This document shows positions 29,980 to 44,966 of a stretch of 64,000 nucleotides of DNA, piece by piece. Source of the DNA: the human T2T-CHM13v2.0 reference genome, Homo sapiens; NCBI RefSeq assembly GCF_009914755.1, contig NC_060947.1. The stretch is one strand, 5' to 3'. The position numbers and the translations under genes are program-made. Below the pieces are notes generated by a model. The model was not told the DNA's origin. It made no database searches and saw nothing but the letters and a program-made list of their open reading frames with translations. Numbering within the stretch: position 1 is the first letter of the stretch; each line of letters opens with the position of its first letter.

Positions 29980-32812
29980 TGTCAGAGACATTTTAATCAG
30001 AGCAATTTTATTTTGAATAGGGGCTGGATAAAATGAAGATGAGACTTGCTAGGCTGCATTCCCAGGAGGTTAGGCATTTATAGTCACAGGATGAGATAGA
30101 AGGTCAGCGCAAGATACAGGTCACAAAGACCCTGCTTATAAAATAGGATGCTGTAAAGAAGCCGGCCAAAACCCGCTAACATTGTTAGGCTTTGTGTCCT
30201 CACCCAAATCTCATCTTGAATTGTAATCCCCAGGTGTTGAGGGAGGGACCCTGTGGGAGTTGGTTGGATTATTGGGGTGGTTTTCCCCATGCTGTTTTCA
30301 TGATAGTGAGTTCTCACGAGATCTGATGATTTTATAAATGGCAGTTTCCCTTGGACTTTTCTTCTGTCTTCTGCTGCCATATGAAGAAGGTCCTTGCTTC
30401 TTCCTCTGCTTCTGTCATCACTGTGAGTTTCCTGAGGCCTCCATGGCTGCACAGAACTGAGTCAATTAAACCTCCTTCCTACATAAATTACCCAGTCTCG
30501 AGTAGCATCTTTATAGCAGTGTAAAAATGGACTAATACCATAAATTGGTACCCAAGTAGTGAGGCACTGCTGTAAAGATACTTGAAAATGTGAAAGTGAC
30601 CTTGGAACTGGGTAACAGGCACAGGGTGGAATAGTTTGGAGGGCTCAGAAGAAGACAGGAATATGTTGGAAAGTTTGGATCTTCCTAGAGACTTGTTAAA
30701 TGATTTTGACCAAAATGCTGATAGTGATATGAAGAATGAAGTCCAGGCTGAGGAGGTCTCAGATGGAAATGAGGAACTTCCTGGGAAATGGAGCAAAGGT
30801 CACTCCTGCTATGCTTTATCAAGGAGACTGGTGGCATTTTGCACCTGTCCTAGAGATCTGTGGAGCTTTGAACTTGAGAGAGATGATCTGAAATTGGAAC
30901 TTATGTTTAAAAGGGAAGCAGAGCATAAAAGTTTGGAAAATTTACAGCCTGGCAATGCAGTAGAAAAGAAAAACCCATTTTCCAGGAGAAATTCAAGCTG
31001 GCTGCAGATATTTGCATAAGTAACAAGGCCAAGACAATGGGGAAAATGTCTCCAGGGCATGTCAGAGACCTTCATGGCTGCCCTTCCCATAACAGGCCAG
31101 GAGGCCTAGGAGGGCAAAATGTTTTCCTGGACCAGATCCAGGGCCCCCCTGCTGTGTGGAGCCTTGGGACTTGGTGTGCTGTGTCCCAGCCACTGCAGCC
31201 ATGGCTAAAAAGGGCCAAGGTACAGTTCAGGCCATTGCTTTAGAGGGTGCAGGCCCCAAGCCTTGGCAGTTTCCATATGGTGTTGGTCCTGCAGGCAGGC
31301 AAAAGTCAAGATTTGAGGTTTGGGAACCTCCACCTAGATTTCAGAGGATGTATGGAAACTACTGGATATCTAGGTGGAAGTCTGCTGCAGTGGTGGAACC
31401 CTCATGGAGAACTTCTGCTAGGGCAGTGCAGAAGGGAAATGTGGGGTCAGAGCCTCCACATAGAGTCCCCACTGGGGCAATGCCTAGTGAAGCTGTAAGA
31501 AGAGGCCACAGTCCTCCAGACCCCAGAATGGTAGTTCCACTGACAGCTTTTACTGTGTGCCTGGAAAAGCCACAGACACTGAATGCCAGCCTATGAAAGC
31601 GGCCAGAAGTGGGACTATACCCTGCAAAGCCACAGGGGCAGAGCTGCCCAAGGCCATGGGAGCCCATCTCTTGCATCAGTGTGACCCGGATTTGAGATTT
31701 GGAGTCAAAGAAGATCATTTTGGAACTTTAAGATTTAATGACTGCCCCATTGAATTTCAGACATGGATGGAGCCTGTAGCCCCTTTGTTTGGGCCAATTT
31801 CCCCCATTTGGAATGGGTGTTTTACCCAATGCCTGTACCCCCATTGTATCTAGGAAGTAACTAACTTGCTTTTGATTTTACAGGCTCCTAGGCAGAAGGG
31901 ACTTGCTTGTCTCAGATAAGACTTTGGACTGTGGACTTTTGGGTTAATGCTGGAATGAATTAAGACTTTGGGGGACTGTTGGGAAGGTGTGATTGGTTTT
32001 GAAATGTGAGGACATGAGACTTGGGAGAGGCCAGGGGTGGAATGATATGGTTCAGCTTTGTATCCCCACTGAAATCTCATCTTGAATTGTAATCCCCAGG
32101 TGTTGAGGATGAGAACTGGTAGGAAGTGACTGGATCATGGGGCGGTTTCCCCCATGCTGTTTTCATGATAGTGAGGGAGTTCTCACGAGATCTGATTGTT
32201 TTATAAATGGCAGTTTCCCCTGGGCTTTTCTTCTCTTTCCTGCCACCATGTGAGGAAGATTCTTGTTTTCCCTTCCCCTTCTGCCATGATTGTGAGTTTC
32301 CTGAGGCCTCTGCAGCCATGTGGAACTGTGAGTCAATTAAATCTCTTTCCTTTATAAATTACCCAGTCTCGGGTATTTCTTTATAGCAGTGTAAGAATGG
32401 ACTAATACACCCACCAAAACCAAGATGGCAAATAAAAGTGACCTCTGATCATCCTCAGTTTTTATTATACACTAATTATAATGCATTAGCCAACTAAAAG
32501 ATAGTCCCACCAGTGCCATGACAGTTTACAGATACCATGGCAATGTCTGGAAGTTACCCTACATAGTCTAAAAAAGGGAGGAACCCTCAGTTCTGGGAAA
32601 TCCATGCCCTTTTCCCAGAAAACTCATGAGTAATGCACCCCTTGTTTAGCATATGATCAAGAAATAACTATTAGTGTACTCAGGTGAGTAGCCCATAACG
32701 CTGCTCTGTCTATGGAGTAGCCATTCTTTTGTTTCTTTACTTTCTTAGTAAACTTGCTTTCACTTTATTCTATAGATTCACCCTAAATTCTTTCTTGCAC
32801 GGTCTGTTAACA
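29980..32812 (+). mobile_element. MER41 (MER41B-like) ERV1 solo LTR split by THE1 (pieces 29980-30176 and 32410-32812)
   Basis: TGTCAGAG...GAATAGGGGCTGG...GCATTCCCAGGAGGTTAGGCATT...GCCGGCCAAAACCC | CCCACCAAAACCAAGATGGC...TAACA; 4-bp TSD AAGG; tandem GAS motifs. Confidence 0.88.
30177..32409 (+). mobile_element. Full-length THE1 (THE1C/D-like) MaLR: LTR ~30177-30539, internal ~30540-32042, LTR 32043-32409
   Basis: Two direct LTRs ending GGACTAATAC(A); THE1-internal motifs (GGAACTGGGTAACAGGCA, GAAGAAGACAGG); polypurine tract GGCCAGGGGTGGAA before the 3' LTR; TSD CCCGC/CCCAC. Confidence 0.93.
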
Positions 32813-34169
32813 AAGGTATCAATCAGCAAGTTTGGTTCCTTCTAAGGGCTGTGAGGGAGAATCTGCTGCATGCTTCTTCCCTAGCTTCTGTGGTTCGCTG
32901 GCAATCTTTGGCTTGTAGACACATCACTCCTAGTTCTCCTCGTATCTTCACATAATGTTCTCCTTGCTTGTGTGTGTGTGTGTGCATGCGTGTGTGTGTG
33001 TCTAAATCCTCCCCCTTTTTTAAAATGAAGAGTCACATTACATTAAGGTCCCATGCTTCTCCAGTATGACCTTATAATAACATAACTGATTATATCCACA
33101 AGGACCCTTTTTGCAAATACGGTCACATTCTGAAGTACTGGAGGTTAGGCCTTCGTTATATAAATCTAGCGTACACAATCAACCCATAATACCCTGAAAC
33201 AGAAACCAGCCAAAGGCATTCTAAGGAAAGAAAATTACAGTATAGTATCACTCATAAGCATGGATGCAAAAAATGTAAAGTCATACAAAGCACTAAAAGC
33301 CTATGTTAGAAAAGATTCGATTTTCAACAAATGGAATCTGACACTATATTAAAAAAATAATATATCATGACCAATTGAGATTTATTCCAGAAATGCTGGG
33401 TTGGCTTAACATTAAAAAATCAATTAATATTATTAATATAATTCACTATGTTAACAAACTATATATGTATAAGAACATATATACATATATATGTAAACAT
33501 ATATATGTATACACACTTATAGGTGTCTGTATGTACGATCATTGCAATATATTTGGAGTAAATATTAGATAAAAACTAACATCCATTCTTCATTTTAGAA
33601 ACTCAACAAACTAGGAAAAAAATGGGAACTTCCCCAACCTGATAAAAGGCAAATATAGAAAACTTACAGCTAACATGATGATTAATAGTGAAAGACTAAA
33701 TCCTTTTCCCTAAAATCAGACTCAGATGGCCGCTCACCATACTTCATTATAAATGAAGTTTCTGGCCAATAGTATCAGATAAGAAAAGGGGGTGGTGCAA
33801 AGAGAGGCAAATTGGCATGTCCCTCTTCCCCTCCCTCCACCATCAGGGCCCAGAGGGAAGCTGAGCCTACACCTACATTCAGCATCAATGAGGTGGAATG
33901 AAGCAGTGTGAAGTGAGGTTATTAGGTATTCTGATTACTCTTTCCCCAGCTGCTATCAGAGGAGCCCACTAAGAAGCTGAGCCTCCACACCTATCCAGCA
34001 TCAGTGAGGTGGAACAGGGTGTGTTGTGGCAGGGCTAGTAGGCTCTCTGATTTCTGGCCTCCCCTACCAGTGGGGAGCTGAGTTCCAATGCAGGAATGAG
34101 GCTGAATGAGGCAGCACTCTGCCTTCTTCAGGAATGTGTTAATGGGGTCAGGAGGAGAACTGAACTTGC

Positions 34170-34422
34170 AGCTTGCAGCACTTCAATCTCTGCCTCCATC
34201 ATCACATGGTATTCTCCCCTCATGTCTTTATGTCTCTATGTCTCTTCTCTACTTATAAAGATACCACTCATTTTGAATTAAGGGCTCACCTTACTCCAAT
34301 ATGACCTCATCTTAACTAATTACATCTGCACTAATCCTATTTTCAAATAAAGTCACATTCATAGGTACTGGGGGCTAAGACTTCAACATATATTTTTGTG
34401 GGACACAATTCAACTTATTATA
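34170..34422 (-). mobile_element. MLT1 LTR fragment
   Basis: ATGACCTCATCTTAACTAATTACATCTGCA...AAATAAAGTCACATTC..GGTACTGGGGGCTAAGACTTCAACATAT. Confidence 0.8.
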
Positions 34423-34429
34423 ATTATGT

Positions 34430-36125
34430 TTAATGGTTGGAGCAAAAATTATAATATCATCTAGGTGGTTTCAATATAGAGAAAATAATTATGACATTTA
34501 CATTTTTTAATTGAGAAGGGCAGAGACCTAAATAGAAGTACAGTTTCAATGAGTAGAAAAATATCAAAACAAGTAGACTCAATGTTATATATTTATGTTA
34601 TAATGCCTAGCTCAACTACTAAAAGAGAACTATACAAAGAGATATATTAGGAAACAAAAAGTCAAAATAGAATTCTTAAAAATGTTCAAGTAACCCACAA
34701 GAAGGCAGGCACAATGAAGAAAAGGAACAAACCAACAGAAAACAAATAATAACATGGCAGCTTAAGCACTAACATATCAAAAATTAAGTATAAATGGTTT
34801 GAATACACCAATGAAAAAACAGAGATTGAAAGAGTGGATAAGGTAAATTACCCAACTACACACTGTCTGGAAGAAACTGACTTCAAACATAATGACAAAG
34901 GTAGATAGAAAGTAAAAGAATGAAAAATATGCCATGCACAATCTAATTTTAAAAAGCAGGAGTAGGTATATTAATATTAGATAAAGTAGACTTTGGAGCA
35001 AAAGAATTGCTAGGGGCAAATTGGACATTATATAAAAATGAAAGGAACACTCCACAAGAATACGTAGTTATCCTGATATGTGTATACACCAAACAACAGA
35101 GCTTCAAAATCTATGAAACGAAAACTGATAGAAATGAAAGAAGAAATACACAAATCCACAGTAACAGTAGGGGACTTCAACACACTACTCTCATCAATCA
35201 ATATAACTACTAGGCAAAAAATCAGCAAGTATGTAGGAAAACGGAACAACAGGATCAACCAATATGATCTAATTGACATATATAGAAAATACAATACTCA
35301 ACCCAACAGCTGCAGAGTAAATATTTTTTTTCAGGTGCCCATGGAACATTCACCAAGAAGGACCACATCCTAGTCCATAAAACAAACCTCAGCATTTTTT
35401 TTTATAAAATGAGCATACGAAGTATGTTCTCTGACCGCAGTGGAATCAAACTAGAAGTCAACTACAGAAGGTTAACAGGAAATTATTTAAACTCTAGGAA
35501 ATTAAGCAGCATACTGATAATCCATGGATCAAAGAGGAAACCTCAAAGGAAATTTTAAAAATACATAGAAGTGAATGAAAATGGAAGCACAACCTATTAA
35601 GACATATGGGACACAGCTAAGCTAAAGCTGAGAGGAAAATGCGTGGTAATAAATGCTTGCTTACAAATAAGAAAAGGTCTCAAATCAACAATCAAAGTTC
35701 CTACCTCAAGAAACTAGAAACTGAAGAACAAAATAAACCCAAAGCCAGCAGAAGGAAAAAATAATAATGATAAAAGCATAAATCTAGGAAATTGGAGAAA
35801 ATAGAGAAAATTCATAAAATGAAAAGATGTTTCCCTGAAAAAAAATCAATAAAATTGATGATCTTGTACCAAGACTAACAAAATAAAGACTGAAAACACA
35901 AATAGTCAATATCAAGAATGAAATGAAAAATGTTACTACAGATCATGCAGCCATGGAAAAAATAATAAGGGACTACTATAAACAACTTTACACTCATAAA
36001 TTTAACGACTTGGAAGAGATGCATCAACTCCTCCAAAACCACAAACTACCAGAATTCAGCCAAGATGAAATAGACCATATGATATTGATATTAGGATAGG
36101 CAAATATATCAATAGAACCGAATAG
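34430..36125 (+). mobile_element. Old L1 fragment including the ORF2 endonuclease region
   Basis: ORF 35080-35373 YTPNNRASK...TVGDFNTLLSSINITTRQKISK resembles L1 EN (YAPN...GDFNTPLS...RQK); many stops and frameshifts. Confidence 0.88.
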
Positions 36126-36380
36126 AGAAGTTGGCAAACTTTCTCACGGAGGGCTAGATAGTAAATATTCAGTCTCTGTTCAAACTACTCAACTCTACTG
36201 CACAAAAAGCAGCCTTAAGCCATATTTGAATCAGCATATATATGTTCCAATAAGACTTTATTTATGAATACTGAAGTCCTAATTGTATGTTTTGTGTGTC
36301 ACGGAATATATTTCTTTTAATTTTTTGCAATCATTTAAAAATGCAAAAAACATCCTTAGCTTGAGAGTCAATAAAAACAG
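36126..36380 (+). mobile_element. MER58B-like DNA transposon fragment (3' end missing)
   Basis: GTTGGCAAACTTTCT..AGGGCTAGATAGTAAATATT...AACTACTCAACTCT...GTTCCAATAAGACTTTATTTATG. Confidence 0.7.
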
Positions 36381-38044
36381 CACATAATTTGGTTGGAGAC
36401 AAGTAGGATGATTCACATGGCCACAGAGACTTAAATGTGGCCACTTTACCTTAGAGGGATTTTAGGGAAGTCATCCAAAAAACTAGGTAATGGTGACGGG
36501 TGGGAGAGAACAAAACGAACCACTGATGTGGTGGCTATGGGGAACAACTTGGAGGAAGCAACCTCTCTCTGCCATGTGGGTCGACAGAATTGAATATGTG
36601 GAGAAGAGGAAGGAGTGGCAGATCTGATTGGGAAGGCTCTTTATGTGGTGTTAAAGAAACCCCCTTTCTCCAATCACAGCATCTTAGCCTCCCCACCACC
36701 ACCCAAACACCAATGGAGGTGTTGGGGTTGTGTTTTGTGATGTCTCAGACACTCCAGGGCTACCATTAGCTGGAGCAGTGCCTGGATAACCAAACAAAGC
36801 TTAAGAGTGTGGCTTGGCTTTGCCCCAGGGAGGCTACATACAGGGAGGGGAAGAGCCCTGGGACAGACCACTGGGAGGTTTCAACTTGGCTGAGATTTAC
36901 AAGCAAACCACAGCTATTTATCACAGATAAGGACCAACCAACCAGAAGAGTAGAACAATCAGCCACAAGTGCTCAAGATGAAAAGAAAGAGGGGACAACC
37001 CCCTGCCAGTGCAAGTGCAGAGACAGTTGCCAGGTCAGATGACCCCACCCATGCTCCTTCTCTTCTTCCCCATACATTCCCCCAAGATCACTACCCTCTC
37101 CTGGCCTGGCACAAACCCCTCCTCAGCCTGCATCCCCTATGAAGCCCCTCTTCCCATCCCATCTCTAACCTCTTCCCTTAAACCATTGCCCTTCTGCGCT
37201 CACTCTGTTGCCTTCCCAGGTACACAAGCCAGCCACGAGGATATAAATTACTCCTTTACCCTTCTGCGAGCAAAAAAAAAGTCCTCTGAAACATCTATTA
37301 CCCAATCAAGAAAGCATAAGAGAGGGGAAAAAGTCAACAATAATTGTCTGTTACCACATGTTGACTAAGAAATGAAATCAGAACCAAGAGATCCCCAGAG
37401 AATGCCACCAATCCAAGTAAGCCCTGTGTGTAAGAAGGGAGGGAGGGAGGTGGAGTCCCACGGTTAGCCAGACATTCAAAATAAGGACGGGGGAAGACTG
37501 AACATGGAAGACACATTTCCTCCTCCACACTTCATCCCACAGGCAAATGGGAAAAGGGGCTTGGTGTTTCTGCATGTCGGGGTGAGGGAGCAGGTAGGAG
37601 TAGAAATGGGAAGGGCCCATCTGGGTCGAGGTGTGCTGTGTGGGCGATACCAATGTAACAGTGACAATCTTCTCACAAAGGCAGACAACAAAATCACTTC
37701 CAGGCCACCTTCCTCACAGTAGTATGTGTTGTACCTCAGCCGATGCTGTGAGCACCTGAAGGCCTCAGAAAGACCAAAAAAAGTACCCTACAGAAAGTCA
37801 CCAACAATATCACCATGCAGTAAAATAATAGTGTTTGGAAGCTACAAATGCAACACCAATTGGGGCACTCACTAAGAAACTTAGGGTGGAGCAGTGGCCT
37901 TCCAAAGGCAGGGTAGTGAGAGTGGTGCCCCCACCCCAGTGCAGGCAATAATAGGTAGAATTATCTCCCTGTTTTTAGGAAATTTTATTTTTGGAGAATT
38001 TTAATAGTAGAATAAAAGTGAGTAATAGTTGATCTTGTTTTTAT

Positions 38045-38720
38045 TAGTAGACATAGACAAACTATCTCAAAAATCTACCTAGAAAGGTGGAGGCCATAGA
38101 ATAAATAAAACAATCTTGAAGAAAGAAGAATAGCATAGGAACACTGATTGTATCTAATATGAAGTCTCACTACACAGCTACAGTAATTATGACAGTGTGG
38201 CAGAGAGATAGATAACATTGATAAATAGAGCACAAAAAAGAATTCATAAATAGACTCACAAAGAAGCCCAACTTATTTTTGACATCGTTGCAAAAGCAAT
38301 TCAACACCATTTTGGAGTAATTGGACACCCATAGACAATAAATAAATAACATCTATCCAAACCTTGTGCTTTAAGCAGACATTAACTCAAAATGAATCAC
38401 AGACTTAATTATAAACTGTAAAACTCTAAAACTTTTAGAAAAAAAAAGCATAGGCAAGATATACGGCTTGCTGAAGACGTTTTAGACGTGATATCCAAAG
38501 CATAGCCCAAAAAAGGAAAATTTAATGAATAAGACCTCATCAAAACTAAAAGTTCTGCTCTGGGAAAGATGCTGTTAAAAGGATGAAAAGACAAGCTCCA
38601 AAGAATAAGAAAATATTGACGAACACTATCTGGCAAAGAGCTTCTATCTAGAATATATAAAGAGCTCTCAAAATTCAACAGTAAAAATAAGAAAAATTCA
38701 ATTAGAAAATAAGCATTTGT
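38045..38720 (+). mobile_element. Old L1 ORF2 3' fragment
   Basis: A-rich L1M motifs (CAGCTACAGTAAT, AATGAATCACAGACTTAA, CTAGAATATATAAAGAGCTCTC). Confidence 0.8.
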
Positions 38721-39679
38721 GGAGATAGTTTAAGCATGCTCAGTAGCTGCTGGTAGGAAAGTAAGCAATGTGAGGGAAAAGTGCTTTGTTAACTAGACAT
38801 TTCCTTAGTTATCTAATGAGAAGTACCTCTCGCTGACTGCTAAGTTTTTGCTGGCCACCTACATTTCTTTAGTCCAACAGATGGGTGAGATGTCCAGAGC
38901 CATTTTGAGGTCAGTAAACATCCCCAACTAAGAAAAAGCATGCCGGGAAATCAATTGAACACAAAGCTAGGGAATTTAACACCACTTTTCAGTTCTGTTT
39001 AGACAAAAATCTGGGTAAAATGTTTTAATTCTTTTGATTTATACTAGATAACATTATTATGATATATATTGTTATATGGATTACATTAATCGTAATATAA
39101 AGTTATGTAAATGGTAACCACAGTTTTGAAGCAAAGATTCGAATTCATTCTCTGCAGAATGCAAGTGAGTGTTTGACCCAGGACCAGAGTTATGTATGTT
39201 ACTCTACTTCTCTAGGTATACACAGTGGGTGCTCAAGAAGTACTGATTGTGCATACATATTTGAATTTTTAAATTTATGTAGAAATGTATTTTCGTGAGT
39301 GGACAAATGTATCTCAAAACAAGTTCTGAAGAATATTTAATTTTTCCCACAGTAAAGGAAGGGAAAAGAAAGTGGTGCTTCTCACTCTTGATAAAATATC
39401 AGTATTCACTAGCAGGGTTCCCTCAGTCATCAACATGGATACATGATAGGTTTATCTTAAATCAACTTTTAGTATTGTATGGAGGCAAGGACACTAAGCT
39501 GGTAACCAAAAGCCCCAAGTCCTAGTCCATGCTCCACCACTAACTCCTGGTGTGGCTTTGCTGAAACTCCTTCTCCTTTCTGGGCTTGCATTTCCATCTG
39601 AAAGATGTGGGGTTTGGACTAGAATATGACATCGGCCCTTTCTTGAAATTCTGTGAGTGTGTGTGTCTGTATCTTTTTA

Positions 39680-40330
<651 letters not shown>

Positions 40331-41086
40331 TTAAAAGACTGAATAAATTCCATGCTCAGCGAATCACAAGAGTAGGGGATCTTGGAATCTGGCAGCTACT
40401 GATAAAGTAGTCAAAGGAAGTCACTGAGAAGCAACAGTTTCAGTAAGTAGCTTTCATATATACTGCAACTTGGAGTGTCTTGCTAATATTTGTGACTAAA
40501 GACATTGTAGCTTGTTCGGTTTAACAGTCCCTGTGGAGATCAAATGCTGGAATTTCACGAGCTTTCAAGATATTAAAATCATCATCAACAGCATGCAGCC
40601 ATGTCTGTCCAAATCTCAATCTGGTCCTGAGTTTATTAGAACACAACAAATGAAGCTGAGCTCAGTGGCTGTGGGAGGTTAAGGCTTAGAGGCAATACTG
40701 GAGTTCTTATTCTATTCTTGCTGGATGTTCACCAATAGCTCTCTAGGGTCTAGGTATAACGATAAAAGAAGCTAACTTTTTCCTTTCTTTGAGAATCCTT
40801 CCCTGAAAAGAACTTCCAAGTGCCTTCCCAGACCCTCTCGGAAAGGAAGCCCCAGACCCTCTCAGGAGCCTGCCCCAGTATTGTGCAGCCCTTACTGTCC
40901 AAGCCATTTTGCTTTAGTTCTGACACGATTTCTTTGGGTTAGTGTTCAAGCTGAAGTCCTGGATCCTGGGGTCAAGGGGCCTAAGAGTCAATCATGGTGG
41001 TGACTTTAGTTCAGTGTGGATAGAGGGTTTGGTATAGATATGAGAAGAATAAGGACCTGATGACATGCCAGGAATCAAATGGGTTA

Positions 41087-41875
<789 letters not shown>

Positions 41876-41899
41876 GGGCTAAGCTATCTCTATAGAATA

Positions 41900-42450
41900 G
41901 CAGCTGGGAAGAATGTGTTGGATGACAGAATCAGGACCTGACAATGAAGTGGGATTGAGTAGCTAAATTAATCAATATGAAATTTATTGTGAGTCAACAG
42001 TGTAATGTACTCATAGACTTCCGGGGTGGTGAAACTTGCTCTTCAGTTTGGGAAAGTGAGTCCTGCTCTGCTCTGCCCTAGTCAAACCCCACCCAGTGTT
42101 CACTTCTGGCTGCTACACTGTACTGATAGATGAAGAAATATTGCAAAATTTTCTCAGGAGAGACACAAGAAAATTGAAGAGCACCTAGAACCTTCCAAAT
42201 GAGAGAAAGTTGAAGGAAGTGAGAGTGATTGGCTTGGAGATGAGCAAAATTACTGCACAGTGCTGTCCTAGGATAGAGAGGAAACTCTGTAAGTCCCCAC
42301 TAGGAGGAATGGGTGGCAGGTACAAAACAGAATAGTAAGAGCTTTTCAAACAGGGGCCACTTTGCCCCACAAGGTAGTGATCCGTTCATCCCTGGAGGCC
42401 TCCAAGCTGGGCATCCATTTGGCTGGGACAGTCAAATGTGACATGAATGA
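41900..42450 (+). mobile_element. Probable L3/CR1 LINE fragment
   Basis: GGATGACAGAATCAGG, ATGAAATTTA, GTGAGTCAACAGTGT, CTCTGCCCTAGTCAAACCC motifs recalled from L3. Confidence 0.5.
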
Positions 42451-43323
42451 GATCCATGGCACATTATGTGCCTCAACATGTGGAAATAGAGTATCTCCTC
42501 TAGGAAATATGTATATAATGTAAAATTCGGTAAAAATGGATGGAAACTTTCCATAAGGCACATCTTTTCTCGGAAAGGACATAGAGATGCCCTGTGACAT
42601 ACCTAGAGCCAAAGAAGCCAAGAAGAGTGGCTCTTACTAAAGCAGACCTGGCCATATCATATTTTTAAGCAAGCACAACCCTGGGCAACGTCCTCTTGAG
42701 AATGGCTTACCTCCTAGTCTGCTGTGCTCTTTTCATAGTCTAGGTCCTTCCACCCTCCCCAAATGAACTGCAATTGAAGTGTTGACAGGCTTGAAGAAAG
42801 TGATCAAAAGTAGATTGAAACTCACTGTCGACAAGAATGTTCTTATGCATGGCTGAGTTGAGGGACGTCTGAGAGTTTAGACATCAGGAATTGCTCTGAG
42901 CAAACAAGTTACAATTCCCTGGGAAACTGTCTTTCGACCTCATTTGTCCCTGACAAATGTTCATCAAAGACATGCTGTAGTTCTGTGTCTTGTCCTGCAA
43001 ACCATACGCCTTCCAGACACAGTAATGCTAGCTTGCTCACCAGTGGAAACATTCTTAAGATAGAAGTAAGATCTTCTCATTTCTGGAAACTATTTTTCTA
43101 AATTTTCTTTCTCTCTAGTAATTTTCTTTCCCCTTTCTTCCATCCTTTTTCATCTCAAATGAATATTTTAATGGATATGTCTTTATAATAAAGACAAAAA
43201 AGAGAATGCTTTTTAAGAATGGAAAAATCAAAGTTATTGCAGACAAGGTTGATGTGGAACATTGTTTTTTTCAGACTGTGAGAAAGTTATGGAACAACTG
43301 TTGATCTATTAAAACTTAACCTA

Positions 43324-43637
<314 letters not shown>

Positions 43638-44123
43638 TCATATTCTCGGTCTATTGTTTGTTTACTTCTTTACTCTAGTGGTTTAAATCTGCCTTAAAGA
43701 CTCAAATGTTATAGAGTGTAACAACATATGGAACAGTGGAAAGTGGACTGAAAAGGAATGCCAGTGGTTCTTCATTCTGCAGCAATACCACTTAATGAAT
43801 GAGCCAACCATCATGCCTTTCAGACCTTATTAGACTCTCAGGGAGCCTTCTAGGACATCTTGTCCTACCCCTTTATTTTATACCTGAGGCCCAGAGGGGA
43901 AGTTAATGAGGACTAATGAGGGGTAGACCTTAGGTTACCCAGTGACCTATTCATTAAGTGTTCTTTCCACTATACCACAGAACCCCTCAACATAAAGAAG
44001 TCACAGATTCACAGATTTGCAATAAAGCAGCCAATGACTTTATCAAGACTTTTGGTTCAAATAATAACAGCCACTATTCATTAAGTACTTTATGTGTGTT
44101 ATCTCATTTATTGGGTCACAACT

Positions 44124-44518
44124 TGTAACAAGCAGTCTGATTCCATTTTTTGATGTTTGAGTGCTGGCAGCTTTTAAGCTTCAGCCCCCTCGTCCCACTG
44201 TTCTCCACATCTGGGCAAGCTTTTAAGAAAGCTTGGGCACTACCTCCTTTAGTTCTGGCAGGATTCAAACCACATAAGCCCCTGACCATGTGTGGGAACC
44301 CATACCCTGGTCCTACCTCCTAGCCACAATAAAACCCCCTGTCCAATCTCCTTTTCTAGCTCTCTCAAGCCAGTTTTGGGCCGGCTTGGGATGCCTGCCC
44401 TGCTCTCCCTTGGAGAGCCCCAATTATGCAATTAACAAACCTTTTCATACACTTTTTGTTTGTGTTTGGCATCATCAGTCTTGACACTGGACCAAATTTT
44501 GGGTAGATGGTCATAACA
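44124..44518 (+). mobile_element. Solo LTR (family uncertain, ERVL-like) inserted in MIR
   Basis: TGTAAC...ATAACA termini, 5-bp TSD CAACT/GAACT, internal AATAAAA; MIR sequence on both sides. Confidence 0.7.
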
Positions 44519-44934
44519 GAACTCAGAGGTATGTGCCGTTATAATCAGCATTTTGCAGATGGGGAAACTGAAGAATAGAAAGGTCAACATAATATACTGA
44601 GGCTTCTAAAAGGCTACAAAATTATAGAAACCACTTCTGAAAATAAATATACTGCTAATATTTCAATTCAGACCTAAGAAAATGTAATAGTTTGTGTGTG
44701 CTATTGAAATGTAAGTAAATAATCTATAATAAATCTTTGACTCTTAGTTAAAGTTCTTGCCCAAGGTCACACAGTTACTGATGGGGCTGGGATTGAAACC
44801 CAGGCACTAAGACTCTGGAATCTACACTCTAAGCATCTCAAACTGATATTGGTCCAATTGCAAAGCCTGTGCTCTTTCCACTACAGCAGGAAAGTAAACC
44901 TGGATTGCATAAAGCTATAGAAAGGCTGTGTCTA

Positions 44935-44935
<1 letters not shown>

Positions 44936-44966
<31 letters not shown>
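44936..44966. repeat. (AAT)n microsatellite
   Basis: About 10 AAT units seen directly. Confidence 0.95.

Larger units (their letters stand above)
29872..33189 (-). mobile_element. MLT1 (B/C-type) solo LTR split by MER41 (pieces 29872-29979 and 32813-33189)
   Basis: TGTATTAGTTTTCTAGGGCTGCCATAACAAAGTACCACAAACTGGGTGGC... resumes after MER41 to GGTCACATTCTGAAGTACTGGAGGTTAGG; TSD TACCC. Confidence 0.85.

Noticed and set aside
30488-32319. Cluster of 70-146 aa ORFs
   Set aside because: Broken remnants of the THE1 internal region and LTRs, not host genes
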